Position numbers and translations under genes: made by a program
Part shown: positions 51,701 to 64,000 of the stretch, piece after piece
Layout: every line of letters starts with the position of its first letter
Position numbering within the stretch: position 1 is the stretch's first letter
Notes under the pieces: generated by a model
The model's input: the letters and a program-made list of their open reading frames with translations, nothing else
The model's database searches: none
What the model was told of the DNA's origin: nothing
Assembly: GCF_018350175.1 (NCBI RefSeq)
Contig: NC_058369.1
Span: forward strand, 14,386,001-14,450,000
DNA: 64,000 bases
Reading direction: 5' to 3'
Source: Felis catus
Taxonomy: Eukaryota

Positions 51701-54700
51701 AGTTTCACAAGGCTGATCTTACCCCATGGAATTGTTGGGAAACAACTGTTCCCAACTCTATTCTTTGAGCTCTAGCCTTGAAAGTGCCCGAGAGGAGCCA
51801 CTCAGTTCCCCCTAGGCTGTCTTGGACTCTTGGCTACCCTGCCTTGAGATGGTGGCTGTCACATACCCTGGCCCCACACTCCTGGCCTTCCCTGCCCCCC
51901 TTGTGCTGTAGCTATCACTAGGTTCATGGTGACAGGCCCTACAGGGCATGGGGACAGCTGAACACTCTACATGTTCTCTCTAGAGTGTCTTCTTACAGGC
52001 TTCTGTGCCACTGTGGACAGGCGGCCTGGGTGGGCGACCTGGGTGTAGACCCTACAGTCTGCCTGCCATGAAGTAACAACAAGGAATGGTGTGGTAGCCT
52101 GGAGCATCGGCATCTGTTGTGCTATGTGATTGTGACCTCCCCACCTCAATCTCCTCACCCAGAAAATGGGAGGAATGGCACCTACTTGATGGGGTGTCAG
52201 TTGGAACACAACGGGGATTCTGCCAAGACTGTCAGGAAGGAGACTTTGATATTGAACAAACTGGGGCCTGGGGGCCTGTACGACCACAGGGATTCCTGAA
52301 AGCAGCAGCCCCTGCCCCACACTAGCATGCTGAGGCACCCTGGAGCTGAGTTTGAGGCCAGGCTGGCCCGGCTCCTTCCCCTGTTATTTTGGCTGTTCTC
52401 AACTTTTTAACAGCTTGGAGTACCTGATTAGCTCAGTGAGAAGAGCATGCAACTCTTGATCTTGGGGTTGTGAGTTCGAGCCCCACATTGGATAGATAAA
52501 TTACTTAAAAATAAAACCTTTAAAAATAATAAATATTTTTAAAAATTTTTTTATTTATCTTGAGAGAGAGAGACAGACACAGCATGAGTGGGGAGGGGCA
52601 GCGAGAGAGGGAGAGAGAGAATCCCAAGCAGGTTCCACGCTGCCAGCACAGAGCCCAACGTGGGACTCGAACACACGAAGCCATGAGATCATGACCTGAG
52701 TTGAAACCAAGGCTCAGACACCTAACCAACTGAGCCACACAGGCGCCCCAGAAATAATAAATTTCTTAACATGCTCGTTTTATAATTTTTATGCTTATGA
52801 TAGCGGTACACACACATTTAGAAAGTTACAAAAAGGTTTCAGTGTTGGCTATAGAAATCTCCTGGCTTCATTGCCCCCTGAGGGTTGAGACAGGGTGGTG
52901 AGGCTGCTGATGTACCTGGGGCTTCCTGAGTTTATCTCTTTAACCCTCAGGAGAATTTGAAGGGTTCAGAAGAGGAAGTAGAGGCGTGGATTTGAGTTCA
53001 GGCACCTGAGCCTGTGTGCTTGCCCCCTGCCCAGTGCCATCCACTGACACAGAAGCCCTGTCTACACTGTCAGCCAGGGTGAAATTATGGCAGACTTGCC
53101 ATTCCATACTCTGCTCCTCCACACTTTCTGAGCACCTGTTTATGCCTTCTGGGCTTTGGAGCCTCATGAACATCTAAACCAGGCAAAAATAGTAAAGAAA
53201 GATCAAATAGGGTAAAATAGAACAGTTGTAAATAAAACACATCTCACTGGGGCTGGAGACCACCAGGGACTGCTGTCATCCACTTAATTATCCCCAGAAG
53301 TGGCACATTAGGTCCCCATGAACATTGGGGTGGCACAGTCGTCCCAGGAGATGCCAGGGCCCCACAGACTGACTCACCCTCTCTTTTCCAGGGCATTGTT
53401 CCTGCTCAGCAAAGGGATGGTAAGTCAAGGCTGGGTGGAGTGGGGCTGGTTGGAGGACATGAAGCCAGGCCCTGCTCACTTGCCATGGTGCAGCCCCCCT
53501 TGGGGGCCCAGACCCTCATGTACAGCGGGCTGCAGCAAGGCCGAGGCCCTGGTGCCCCTGCTGGGTTCAGAAGTGAAACTCAGATTCCAGTTTGTGGGAT
53601 TTGTGCTAAGGAAGGGGCAACCTGGGTTTGTTTTGTGCCCTCTTTGTGGTGCTGGTGGTCCCCTGGAGGGGGGCAGCCCTGTGCACCAAGGGGTGCTCCC
53701 ACCACCTGCGTCTCCCTCCCCAGCTGCTGCTGATGGAGCGCAAGTTGCAGGAAGTCCACCCGCTGCTGACCCTCTGTGGACAGATAGTTGAGAACTGGCA
53801 GGGGAACCCCATCCAGAAGGAGTCTCTGCGTGTCTTCTTCCTAGTGCTCCAGGTGACCCACTATTTGGATGCTGGGCAGGTACGTAGTGCCTCCCATGTG
53901 AGGGCTGATGGGGATTGAGCAGGCTGTGAGTAGGCTTCCTGCCAAGATGTCACCTCTGTGGTTGCATCCTGTCACTAGCCACACAACATGGCTGTCATTG
54001 AGAGCTCAGCTTCTGCTCCACACCTTATCATGGTCTGGCACAAGTGCTTTGTCCCTGTGAGCAGAGGGCACTCCGAGAATGGGAGTCTCCTGTTCCCAGC
54101 ATAATGGCAAGAGTATTTGTGGCGCACACGTCCACTCAGTGCGTGGACAGTCGAAGGCATCTAAGGGCAATTTGGGAATCCATGAGAATAAACTGAGGAT
54201 TCTGGCATGGTGCCTGGCACACAGCGGGGGCTCAAGCAGTGTCTGTCCACATCCCACCCCCTGCCCCAGCTGATGACGGCTTTATGCCGTTCAAGTAGGG
54301 ACTGACAGGATCAGCTGTAATTCTCGTGTGGTCGAGGAGCAGCTGCATTTGTGCATGGGTGAACGTCTCAGCCTTTTGGGGGTGCTACTCCATCTTCCCC
54401 ACCCTGTCCTAGTGACCAACCACAGGCAGGACCTCTCTGGTGTCCTGGGAGGCTGCAGGTGGAGCCTAGTGGCTGTGAAGTGCTGAGTAGGTGTCTCATT
54501 GGTGAAGGGCTTCCTTTGTTCTCCCTCTTGCACCCAGCTGTGCCTGTTGAGCCAAGCACCACACTCAACACAGAAACACAGAGCAGACACTCATGGGGTG
54601 TTGATGGCTGTGTAAATGGCCTGTGGGGGCCTTGGGACAGGGCTTCCCTGTTCAGAGAGGCCAGTCTGTACAAACCATGGCATCTGCAGGACTCCCAGGT

Positions 54701-57700
54701 AGCCACTTCCCACCCCCTGGGATAACCAGCTGCCCCAGCCCTGTCCTTCTCTCCTGGGGTTACTACAGGAAAGAAGAAACGTGATTGGAACAGGGTCTTT
54801 GGACAGACTTCTCGCAGGACTTGGTATTGGGCCCAGCACCGGGTGGTGGCCAAGCCTTAGTCCCATAGATGACCTACCTGGTCCTACCATGCTCCCTGAG
54901 AGCTGGCTGACCAATCTGGGGGTGGGCTTCCTGCAAGTAGTGAGCATAGCGGGGGCTCCTAGAAGGAGGGGGCTAAAAAGTTGCTGGACAGGCAAGACCT
55001 GGTTAGCCGCCACCGTGGGAGCCTTGTGTCCTGAGGGGCCTGGCACCTGGTGGGAGTGGGCAGGCACTCAGGCATGTGGTGCCACTCGCCTGCTCCAGGT
55101 GAAGAGTGTGAAGCCGTGCCTGAAGCAGCTGCAGCAGTGCATCCAGACCATCTCCACGCTGCACGACGATGAGATCCTGCCTAGCAACCCTGCTGACCTC
55201 TTCCACTGGCTGCCCAAGGAGCACATGTGTGTGCTCGTCTACCTGGTGAGTCTCTAGAGGCCTGGGGCCAGGGTGGCTGGGGGGAGGTGAGGAGAGGGTC
55301 ACAGTGACCGCTGCTGTCTGGTCTTGTTGCCAGGTGACCGTGATGCACTCCATGCAGGCCGGCTACCTGGAGAAGGCACAGAAATACACAGACAAAGCTC
55401 TCATGCAACTGGAGAAGCTCAAGAGTAAGTCTCAGTGGGGCTGTGTTCCATTGGCAGGTTGCATAGCCACAGCGCCCCCTGGTGGGTGGCACGAGTGCCA
55501 CCTCTTATGCTGGCCCGAAGAATCCAGAATGACAGCAGTGCTGAGCAGTCACCATGAGTCCCTGCCCCATGGGTCTTGTTAACCCAGTGGGAAGATGGGG
55601 GCAGTCTGGGATAGGGGCAGAGCAGGCCAAGCCTGGGCTTGATCCTTATTCTGTGGCCAGGAGGGGTCTTGTACTGTCTCTGTCCTATCCCCCCACTGCT
55701 TAAGATGAGTGTGAGGGTTAGTGGGTCCCCATCAGAGCCTGTTAGGAGTCGGCGGCTGCTTTTGTTATCTGTGCTCAGTGTTGTGACTGAGGATCACACT
55801 TGGTGAGACTGGGATGGGAGCTTCAATCTCACTGACCAATAGCAGGCCCTCTAGAGGTCTTGGGTTCTGCCTGGATGCTCAACTAATCCATCTCGTGGGA
55901 CCCAGGGTCCTGTGACTAGTAGAATCTGAGAGCTGCGTGTGTCCGTGGCTGGCTCAGCACCCCTATTAATCTGTTCGTTTGCTTCCTGTGCCCTCATAAG
56001 TGCCACTGGGGGAGGAGCCTTCAAGACTGTAGAATCAAAACCCACAAAAATGGCAGTTCTTTCCCTCCAGATGAGTTGGGAAAGGGCTGTGGGTGCTGTC
56101 TGGTTCCAGTATGAGGGCAGCCTCTCAAGGAAGCCAATAGCTGGGTTCCCTCACTGCTGCCTGAGGCCTTTTTGCACACTTTCAATCTCATGGGCTACAA
56201 CATTTCTAGAACCATTGTGTCCAGAGTGCTCTTGAGCACTCCCCTAGGTCAGAGTAGAGTGAGGATGGAAGACCAGTCTCTTAGGATTTCTTATTCTTAG
56301 AACACTCTGATCACTAAAACCTGGCTCTGAGCCTGTCTCCCCACCTGGAGAAGGAGATGAGCCCCCTTGCTCTTAGGGTGCAGTGGGCACCAAATGAGGT
56401 GACAGAGCTGGTGCTGAGCTGGTGCCCAGCAGAGCAGATGGGCTCAGACCTGGGTTGCCACAGGGCCAGTGTGGTGCGAGGTGGAGGGTGTGAAGTCCCC
56501 AGGAGGCTCTGTATCAGTCTCCTGGGGTCTTTTCTCTAGCTGTACCTTGAGTGCTCACCCTCACTTCTCACCCCCAGTGCTTGACTGCAGCCCTATCCTG
56601 TCCTCCTTCCAAGTGATCCTGCTCGAGCACATCATCATGTGCAGGCTTGTCACGGGACACAAGGCTACTGCACTGCAGGAGGTAATGCCACCAGAGGCCA
56701 CGCACACGGGTGGGAAAACTACTGGGAGTTTGCCACGTCTCATAAGTCGTCACATGGGAGAATGTAAATTTGCCCAGTGTGTGTCCACAGAATATCCAGG
56801 CTTGTTTCACTATAATTTGTTAGTTCATGACCCTGATGGACACAACTAATCAGAGAATATGATACAGAAGTCAAAGGTTCTGGGTACCTGGGTAGCTCAG
56901 CTGGTTGAGCTGTTAGACTCTTGATCTCAGCTCAGGGATGTGAGTTCAAGCCTCACACTGGGCTCCGCGCTGGGCATGAAGCCTACTTAGAGAGAGGGGC
57001 GCCTGGGTTGTGGCTCAGTTAGTTAAGGGTCCGACTTCGGCTCAGGTCACAATCTTGCAGTTTGTGAGTTTGAGCCCTGTGTTGGGCTCTGTGCTGACAG
57101 CACAGAGCCTGGAACTTGCTCCAGATTCTGTGTCTCCCTCTCTCTCTGCCCCTCCCCTACTCTCTCCCACTCTCTCTCAGAAATAAACAAGAAGAATTTT
57201 AAAAAAGAGAGAGAGAAATCACTACTCCTTTCTTTAGAAGTAGGCATGCCCAAGGAACACGGGGTCTGAGAATTTGGGGTCCCCTGACGGTGATTCTAAC
57301 ACTCCTGCCCTGATCCATAATCTCTGATGCTCATCTTCCTGAGAGGAAGCAGGTGCCCTGACTAGGTAAGGGTGCTGTATGGCTGAGACACATGGCAGAA
57401 AGAGAGGAAGAGGTGGTGGTGATGGACAAGGGTCACCATTCTCGAGGAGGTTGGGCCTGCACTTGGCCCTCACAACAGACACCTTTGCTGGGACTTTGTG
57501 CCCAGATTAGAGAAGGTAGGATGTGGGCACACCTGTCGGCTTCGAGGGTCTCCCAAATGCTGCTGGGACACCAGGTCCTGTGTTACAGGCCATGTGACGT
57601 TGAGCATGCTCTTTCCCGACAGATCTCCCAGGTCTGCCAGCTGTGTCAGCAGTCCCCCCGGCTCTTCTCCAACCACGCCGCACAGCTGCACACGCTGCTG

Positions 57701-60700
57701 GTGAGTGCACCAGGCTGCCTGCCCCCAGCCCCATTCCAGTTGGTGATCCCGTGACTGCCGCCCCACACAGCATCCAGAATATTTCCGGTGGGCTTCTTTC
57801 TGACTAGCATCTTAAGTCTGAGTTGACCTAGGTCCTGGGAGGAGGGAATAATTGAGCATGCCATCTTTCTGCCTCTTTGCTAGAATAAAGCTCAGATGTA
57901 GCTTACTAGGCTCCTGTGGGTTTAGTTGTGCAGCCCTGGGGAAACTGTGGCTTCAGGACCTCAATGCCTTCTTCTTCCAGGGCCTGTACTGTGTCTCTGT
58001 CAACTGCATGGACAATGCAGAAGCCCAGTTCACCACAGCCCTGCGGGTAAGGTGCCGGCCCTCACTCCATGGGGCGGGCGGTGCTTCTCAGTGAGGAGTC
58101 GGGTGTGGTCGGTGATGAGGACATCCTCTGCATGAAACCGTGCCCAGTGGGCCACTCTACAGCATGCAGCTTGATGCGGGTCATGACAGTGACGGGCCGG
58201 GGCTTTCTGTGGCAGGATCTGTGCTACTCAGATGGATCAGGGCCAGCACTGGCAGCACAGTATGACAGGAGATAACTGTGGGCAAGGAGGCTTCTGGCTA
58301 GCCTTGGGTGGGGCTTCCCCAACTAACCTGGAGGGCAGCCACCAGGGAGAGCCCAGAGCCCACTGGTACCATGGCCTGTGCAGCCTCTTTCACTCCTGAT
58401 TCCCAGCCTTCCTGATATCCTGCCAGGTTGGTGTTGGCTCCTGTCACAGCTGAAAATGCAGAGTCACTTGGCAGGGTTCAGGGGATCCCTGGAGCCACCC
58501 CAACAGCAGTCCCGGGACACAAAGCTGGGTCTGCCCTCACCCTACAGCAGCCTGGTTGCACTGGGAGCAGAGGATACCTCGTGCTGCAGGTCACAAGGGA
58601 GCTCCGCTGGGGCGATGTTCTCGCCTCTGACAGGTCCCGCTGTGCCCTGGGAAAAAGCTGGTGCCACGTCCTCCTTCAGAGACAGCCCCCCGCCAACCCC
58701 CAGGTCCTGGAGTTGGTAGCACAGTGCCAGGCCCCAGTCTGCCTGCCTTATTCCAGGACCAGATAGGCACATCCCCACCTTGGCCTCTATGTCCTCACAG
58801 GAAAAGGAGGCTAGCAACACCTTCCTCCCAGGGGACCGAGGAAGCCCCAAGCAGAGATGTTGGGACGTGGGGGTGGCTGTGTGACTCGGGTAAAGTTGCT
58901 GGGGGTGCTGCGTGCGCCCTGTCAGATGGGGAGCTCTGCTCTGTCCCTTGTGCCAGTCTCTTTGCTCCTGGGGTTGGGCTCGGCGGCATTGCTGCTCCTC
59001 TGAGATGCTCTGTGTGGCTGTGGATGCCGCCACCCCCACTGCTTGTCTTAGCAATGTTTAGGAGCCTCTGGCTGCATGCCAGAGTGTGAGAGTCGATGTG
59101 GTGTCCGCTCCCAAGGCCTTCTGGGCCTTTCCATCTATGCCCACTCCTCTGGGCCCTGGTCAGCTTGTGCTGCGGTACCAAGACACCGCCACACAGCGCC
59201 CTGTGTTGCCTGCAGTTATCCCACGGCCCCATGAAGTTCTCTCCACCTCTCCCTCCCCATCTTAACTTCCCACAAGTGGCTGCTGCTGCTTTGATAGTTT
59301 GTGCCTCAGGGAGTCCGCGTGGCTCTCCTACAGGCCACGTGGGAAGTGGTGCAGCCAGGATACACGCTCAAACCCCCTGGCCCCAGACACGTGCTCTTCC
59401 TGTGGTCCTACAACAAACAAACCAGAGCATCTTTGCTCATATCAGAAGACCTTCTGGGCCTCCTTGGCACATGCTGGGGGTCCTGTGGGTGGGATCTGCA
59501 TTTCCCAGGCATCCTCAGCCTCTTGCACTGCTGTGCTTTCTCAGCCCCGCTGGGAACCAGGATCTGGGTAACAGTCGGGTCGCTCAGATTGATCCCTCTT
59601 TTGACCATTTTTATTTCCCAAGAAGAGCTGGGATCAACGGTCATCTACTACCAGCCATCGGCAGCATCTCTGGTCTCTGACAGTCTCAGCTACCTTCCTG
59701 GCGTGTCCTCCCCAGGACCAGCAAGTGCTTCTGCTGTGTCAGCCCACACTGGAGTCCCAGGGGTCACTGGCTGTAGTGTGGAAGGAGGGGTTGTCCGGGT
59801 CTCAGACCTGAGAAACAAGCAGAAAATGGACTAAAGTGCAGTGTGTTCTCAGGGCAGGATCAGGGGTGGCTGGTTTTCCTTTGTTTCCTGAATTTCTTAT
59901 AATGTGGATGACAGTTTGATAGTGAAAAGAACTGACAGCTATATGCTCCTGGGGTTTAGGAGGCAGGCAAGCAAGGGTAAGCCTGAAATGAAAGGAATAA
60001 AGTGATTCTAGATTAGTTGCTGTGGAGCACTTGGGTGGCTCCTGTGCCACTGAGTGGCCCTCGTGTGATGTGGCTTTGCCCAGCCTGGCCCTCTAATGCC
60101 TATGTGTCCTGTCCTAGCTCACCAACCACCAGGAGCTGTGGGCCTTCATCGTGACCAATCTGGCGAGTGTGTATATACGGGAAGGAAATAGACACCAAGA
60201 GGTAGTAGGTGACATGCTTCATGTTTGGTATCTTTTCAGCTCTTATCCGGGGGTGGTGGGGTTGAGGTTGTCCTGGGCACCAGCAGATCTCAGCAACCCC
60301 AGCGTTTCCACTCTTCAGCAAGCATCACACTTGTGTCCCCTACAGAGTTGCAAGTGTGGCTGGGGCAGGCCAGGTCTAGGACAGGAACGTTTCCTAGGTA
60401 AATAACACTTCTCCGTGTTAAAAATGAGCCAAATTTGAGGTCCCTGAGTGGCTCAGTTGGTTGAGCGTCTGACTTCGGTTCGGGTCATGATCTCACAGTT
60501 GGTGGGTTTGAGCCCCGCGTCAGGCTCTGTGCTGATAGCTCAGAGCCTGGAGCCTGCTTTGGACTCTGTGTCTCCTTCTCTGCCCCTCCCCTACACATAC
60601 TCTGTCTCTCAAAAATGAATAAATGTTAAAAAAAATTTTTTTTAATGAGCCAAACTTTATTGAGCCCCACAGAAGAAATCCAGTTTATTCTACCTGAGCT

Positions 60701-62368
60701 GTCTGTTCTAAAATGTCAGTGAGGCCTCATGGCTTACTTCCGAGGAGCAGTAGCTCAGGCAGGCAGTCCTCTGCACTGTGCTCCGAGGTTATCCTAATGA
60801 CCCAGCCTCCTGAGGGGTAGGGGATCCCAGGGCTTGACCTCACAGGAGAGGTGCCCTCACCAGGTTCCCCCTGCAACCCTTAGCCCTGGGATTCCCCCCT
60901 CAGCCCTAGGGTCACTGCCTCCCCTCCTAGCTCTGGCATCCTGCCTCCAGAGTATCTCAGATTTAGTTACTTTTCTACCTTCATGGTTTTCATTTTATCT
61001 CTTGTTTATAAAAAGTTTAGCTGACCTCCCAGCTTCTGGGTTAGTTTGGATGCTTTGGGCTGCAGGGAGCAGAGAAAGCCCAGACTTCTCACTCCAGCAG
61101 TGAGGAAGCAATGGGCAGGGTCATCATAGGGCCAGGAGTGGCCTCCATGGGTCACACTTGGTGACCCATGGAGGGTCTTTGCCCTCTCAGTGTCTGCCTC
61201 TTGGAGGTGCTATGGGGACACTGGGAGCAGCTTCAGCCCACTTTGACCCTTGTCCTCTCAGCAGCCAGAGAGGACCTAAGAAGTCAGTCACATGGCTGCC
61301 TATCAGAGCCTCCCAGGATCCCTGCATCTCCAGATAAAGCCTACCCCCAACCCACAAGACCCATGTGGGCTGATATTACCACCTCGCTCCTCCACGCAGG
61401 GCCCCTCTGACCATACAGAGGCTGAGACTAAGCAGCTGCCCTGACTCCCCCGCCCCCCCCCCCATCCCCTTCATCACACAGGGCAGGTTGAGGGTGTGAG
61501 GACCCCAGTCCTTCACACTGGAGGCCATGATTCCTGTCGGGTAGGGGGGTGAGGAAGTAGACAGCTCTGTACAGTCTCCTACAGTGCCCTCATCTGTCCT
61601 TGTAGGTCCTGACCCCTCCCCTCACTCAGGCATGGGATTTGGGGTGAAGTTTGGGTTGGGAAGATGCAAGCAGCCCTAGTCAATTTAGTGGATGTTTGAG
61701 GCTGAATTTTCTCATGTTTATGCAAGGTGATTCTAACTGACGTTTCCACCACAGCTGTACAGTTTGTTGGAGAGGATCAATCCGGACCATAGCTTCCCTG
61801 TCAGGTAGGAAGGCCCAGTGCTGAGTGCCCATTGACCTATTGTCTTATATTTTCTCTGCTCTTGAAGTGGTGCCAGTGCTGGGGGGGACCCAACTGCCCT
61901 GTGTATCTGTACCTCTCTCCCCACCCTCTTCCCACTCCCCTTCGTAAACCTGCTGCACTCACAAAAATCCCACCGAAGTGTCACCTGCTCTCTCCCATCA
62001 GCTCACACTGCCTCCGAGCAGCAGCTTTCTATGTGCGAGGGCTCTTCTCCTTCTTCCAGGGACGCTACAATGAGGCCAAGTGAGTACCGGGAGAGGACCG
62101 GTTGCCCCACGCCCTTCTGTGTTGCTCCCTGACAGTATGTGCCCAAGGCCCTCTATCCCTAAGAAAGGTGGGCTCTGCTCAGGGCCTTGGGGCTGCTGCT
62201 GCCTTTTCCTACCGATGAGGCATCCCCATGGGGCTTTAGCATCTGTTTTTGCATAGGCGATTTCTTCGAGAAACTCTGAAGATGTCCAACGCAGAGGACC
62301 TGAACCGGCTCACAGCCTGCTCCCTGGTGCTTCTGGGCCACATCTTCTATGTGTTGGGGAACCACAGA
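39400..62368 (+). CDS. MAU2: MAU2 cohesin loader subunit (SCC4 homolog), coding exons 1-16 (3'-partial)
   Basis: Sixteen exons with consistent phases read [55 protein letters not shown]...[22 protein letters not shown], recognisable as MAU2. Confidence 0.97.
40660..44558 (-). mobile_element. Minus-strand Can-SINEs in MAU2 intron 1 (about 40660-40862, 40868-41074, 41400-41604, 42747-42865, 43000-43077, 43375-43492, 44350-44558)
   Basis: Poly-T, (GA)n and a reverse tRNA-like head in each. Confidence 0.88.
47036..47658. mobile_element. SINE cluster: + (47036-47260), - (47270-47437), - (47446-47658)
   Basis: SINEC consensus features. Confidence 0.9.
48052..48069 (+). CDS. MAU2: MAU2 exon 2 (18-nt microexon)
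   Basis: Long poly-T acceptor, WLISQQ, then the U12-type donor GTATCCTTT. Confidence 0.92.
48070..48471 (+). other. U12-type (minor spliceosome) GT-AG intron 2 of MAU2
   Basis: 5' splice site GTATCCTTT; branch site TTCCTTAAC at 48450-48458; no polypyrimidine tract before the TAG at 48471. Confidence 0.92.
48472..48537 (+). CDS. MAU2: MAU2 exon 3
   Basis: [22 protein letters not shown]; donor GTAAGA. Confidence 0.93.
49201..49296 (+). CDS. MAU2: MAU2 exon 4
   Basis: [32 protein letters not shown]. Confidence 0.95.
49620..50045 (+). mobile_element. Two tandem/nested Can-SINEs
   Basis: Heads ggggcgcctgg at about 49620 and 49821; duplicated aagtaaactt. Confidence 0.92.
50967..51061 (+). CDS. 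MAU2: MAU2 exon 5
   Basis: [31 protein letters not shown](R). Confidence 0.94.
52415..52749. mobile_element. Can-SINE pair (short +, full-length -)
   Basis: SINEC features. Confidence 0.85.
53392..53419 (+). CDS. MAU2: MAU2 exon 6 (28 nt)
   Basis: ALFLLSKGM; donor ATG|GTAAGT. Confidence 0.92.
53724..53879 (+). CDS. MAU2: MAU2 exon 7
   Basis: [52 protein letters not shown]. Confidence 0.95.
55099..55245 (+). CDS. MAU2: MAU2 exon 8
   Basis: [49 protein letters not shown]. Confidence 0.95.
55334..55424 (+). CDS. MAU2: MAU2 exon 9
   Basis: [30 protein letters not shown]. Confidence 0.95.
56578..56681 (+). CDS. MAU2: MAU2 exon 10
   Basis: [35 protein letters not shown]. Confidence 0.95.
56880..57215 (+). 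mobile_element. Two Can-SINEs
   Basis: Heads at about 56880 and 56996. Confidence 0.88.
57623..57700 (+). CDS. MAU2: MAU2 exon 11
   Basis: [26 protein letters not shown]. Confidence 0.95.
57981..58046 (+). CDS. MAU2: MAU2 exon 12
   Basis: [22 protein letters not shown]. Confidence 0.95.
60118..60204 (+). CDS. MAU2: MAU2 exon 13 (ends at 60201 or 60204)
   Basis: [28 protein letters not shown](V); tandem donors GAG|GTA|GTAGGT. Confidence 0.9.
60437..60645 (+). mobile_element. Can-SINE
   Basis: SINEC body; duplicated aatgagccaaa. Confidence 0.9.
61755..61804 (+). CDS. MAU2: MAU2 exon 14
   Basis: [17 protein letters not shown]; branch-like TTCTAAC at 61731-61737. Confidence 0.94.
62002..62079 (+). 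CDS. MAU2: MAU2 exon 15
   Basis: [26 protein letters not shown]. Confidence 0.94.
62257..62368 (+). CDS. MAU2: MAU2 exon 16
   Basis: [37 protein letters not shown]; donor GTGAGT. Confidence 0.94.
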
Positions 62369-62609
62369 GTGAGTGTCCGGGGCTGGGCCAAGAGGCTGGG
62401 GGCCGGCACGGTGCTTACGGACTACCACCCAGCAGCACTTTGCATCCTGTGCTCCTCCATGATTTTATCTCAGTAACCCGCCCACTCCCCACTGCTCCAC
62501 GAAGCTCTGTGAAGGAAGGGGCACCTTGGCACCATGGGAAGCAGGGCTGGGGGAGCTTTGGATCCCTGAAAGGTGGGTCTGTGAGACAGACGTGCCCAGT
62601 GCCATATGC

Positions 62610-62655
62610 AGGCAGTGGTTAAGCAGAGGCAGTGGTTAAGCAGAGGCAGTGGTTA
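62610..62655. repeat. 17-bp tandem repeat (GGCAGTGGTTAAGCAGA) x about 2.7
   Basis: Read directly from the sequence, in MAU2 intron 16. Confidence 0.93.
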
Positions 62656-64000
62656 GTCAGAGCCCTATGGGCTGTCCAGAGCTGGCAGGGCTGAGGGCAC
62701 GTTTCCCTTCTGTATGGTAATACCTGGGGGTGGACATCTCAGCCAGATACCTTAGGCTCTGTTTTGCCTAGGGCACCCCATGTTTTCATTCTTACCTAGA
62801 ATGGCCTCCTGGGGACTGGTCCTCAGTGGGATCAGCCAACTCTAAGTGTCTGAGTCAGATGGAGTATCTGGGGTGTACATCGTCACTTCCTCTTACCTGT
62901 AGACCTCATGAGGTGATTAGTTTTTTTAAGATAGTATTTGTTCATGTCATCTAACGTGACCTGTTCGTGATAGAAAGTCTGAGAAGCAAAGAAGGAAGTG
63001 ATTGCATGTCTTCTGTGTTCTAGCTGTTTCCAGCTGCCTCTGCCTACGCATATGTTTTGTTTTTTAGGCTGTTTCATAATTTGATATCTTGTCTTTTTCT
63101 GTACCATTGGGTGAGAGTTTTCTTCGCGGCCACAAGAATTTTGAAGCAGCATCTGCTTTGTAGTTTAGTTAGCCTCACTTTAGCTAACACAGGGTATGTG
63201 TCTTGGCCCATAGGGGTTCCTCTGATCAAACCCTAGAGCTCCCTAAGAATGAGCATTTTTAACAACCTTGGCCCATCCCACTCCCCACAATCGTATGACA
63301 AGCACTTGCTGTGGCCCTGCAGCTCAGGTCCTGGTGGCCATGGCCTGAACACTGGGGACGTCACCACCTCCAAAGGAAGAGGACAAGCTTTGGGTTCTCC
63401 CTTCAGAGTGCAACTCTGCTCCATCTTGAATACCCTGTCCGCCTATTCCTCAGCCTCTGAGCACACAGAACAGTGGCTTGGTGTGTGTTTAGGGGCCACG
63501 TGGGGAACAAGTTCAACATGAGGCACTGCTGAGTGTGGGCTGCCCACCTCATGTCTCAGTGTGGTGATTACCCCGGTGTGTGATTACCCCGTTTTCCAGA
63601 TGGGGAGATTAAGGTCACACAGTCCCAAACTGCAGACCCAGGCTTAGAACCAGACCTCACTGGCTCTCATTTGTCTAGAAGTCTCCAGAAGCCACCTTGA
63701 ATGGGGCAGGGTAAGCAAAGCAGCTTTTCAGCTGCAGCTCTGGTTCATGTTTGGGGCAATCCTGGGGCATCTTATAGAACTTTTTTAGGAGCCTCCGCTG
63801 CTCCCTGTGTGTCTGGGCCTATGTGGAGTGACATGGGACCCCCAAGGACCCTTAGACCCAAGCCTGGCTTCAAGTGGCTTCAGGTCTGAAGGAGACACAC
63901 CCAGAAACAGCCAACTCTACCTGGGCCTGCCAGCCTAGAGTGTCCACAGGCATCATGAGTTCGTGAGCAGCTTCACACAGAGTACCTGTCAGAATCACAC

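Noticed and set aside
51729..51763. Small inverted repeat GTTGGGAA...TTCCCAAC
   Set aside because: An 8-bp stem is too short for a miRNA precursor; likely chance or a transposon remnant.
59096..59834. Overlapping 177-194 aa ORFs and a possible acceptor near 59621 in MAU2 intron 12
   Set aside because: No homology or coding bias evident, and no convincing downstream donor.

Overview
This is mammalian genomic DNA, almost certainly a felid judging from abundant tRNA-derived Can-SINEs of the SINEC_Fc type. It covers the conserved TM6SF2-SUGP1-MAU2 block. Minus strand: TM6SF2 coding exons 1-8 (3' end runs off the window) and the complete 14-exon SUGP1 gene (636 aa by my exon sum; two SURP motifs plus a G-patch). 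Plus strand: MAU2 coding exons 1-16 (3' end runs off the window). SUGP1 and MAU2 are head-to-head, with 355 bp between the ATGs, on a CpG-island promoter carrying ZNF143-type, TCTCGCGAGA and YY1 motifs. Introns hold about 40 SINEs, two long decayed L1s, a solo ERVL-type LTR, L2/MIR remnants and microsatellites. I found no new protein-coding system. The most interesting signals concern splicing: (1) near-identical, atypical 3' splice regions before both SURP exons of SUGP1; (2) a repeat-free island in SUGP1 intron 7 with two candidate 95-nt poison exons; (3) a U12-type intron after an 18-nt MAU2 microexon; (4) tandem donors. Gene names and comparisons with human come from recalled sequences, not a database search. 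Repeat subfamily names and boundaries are approximate.
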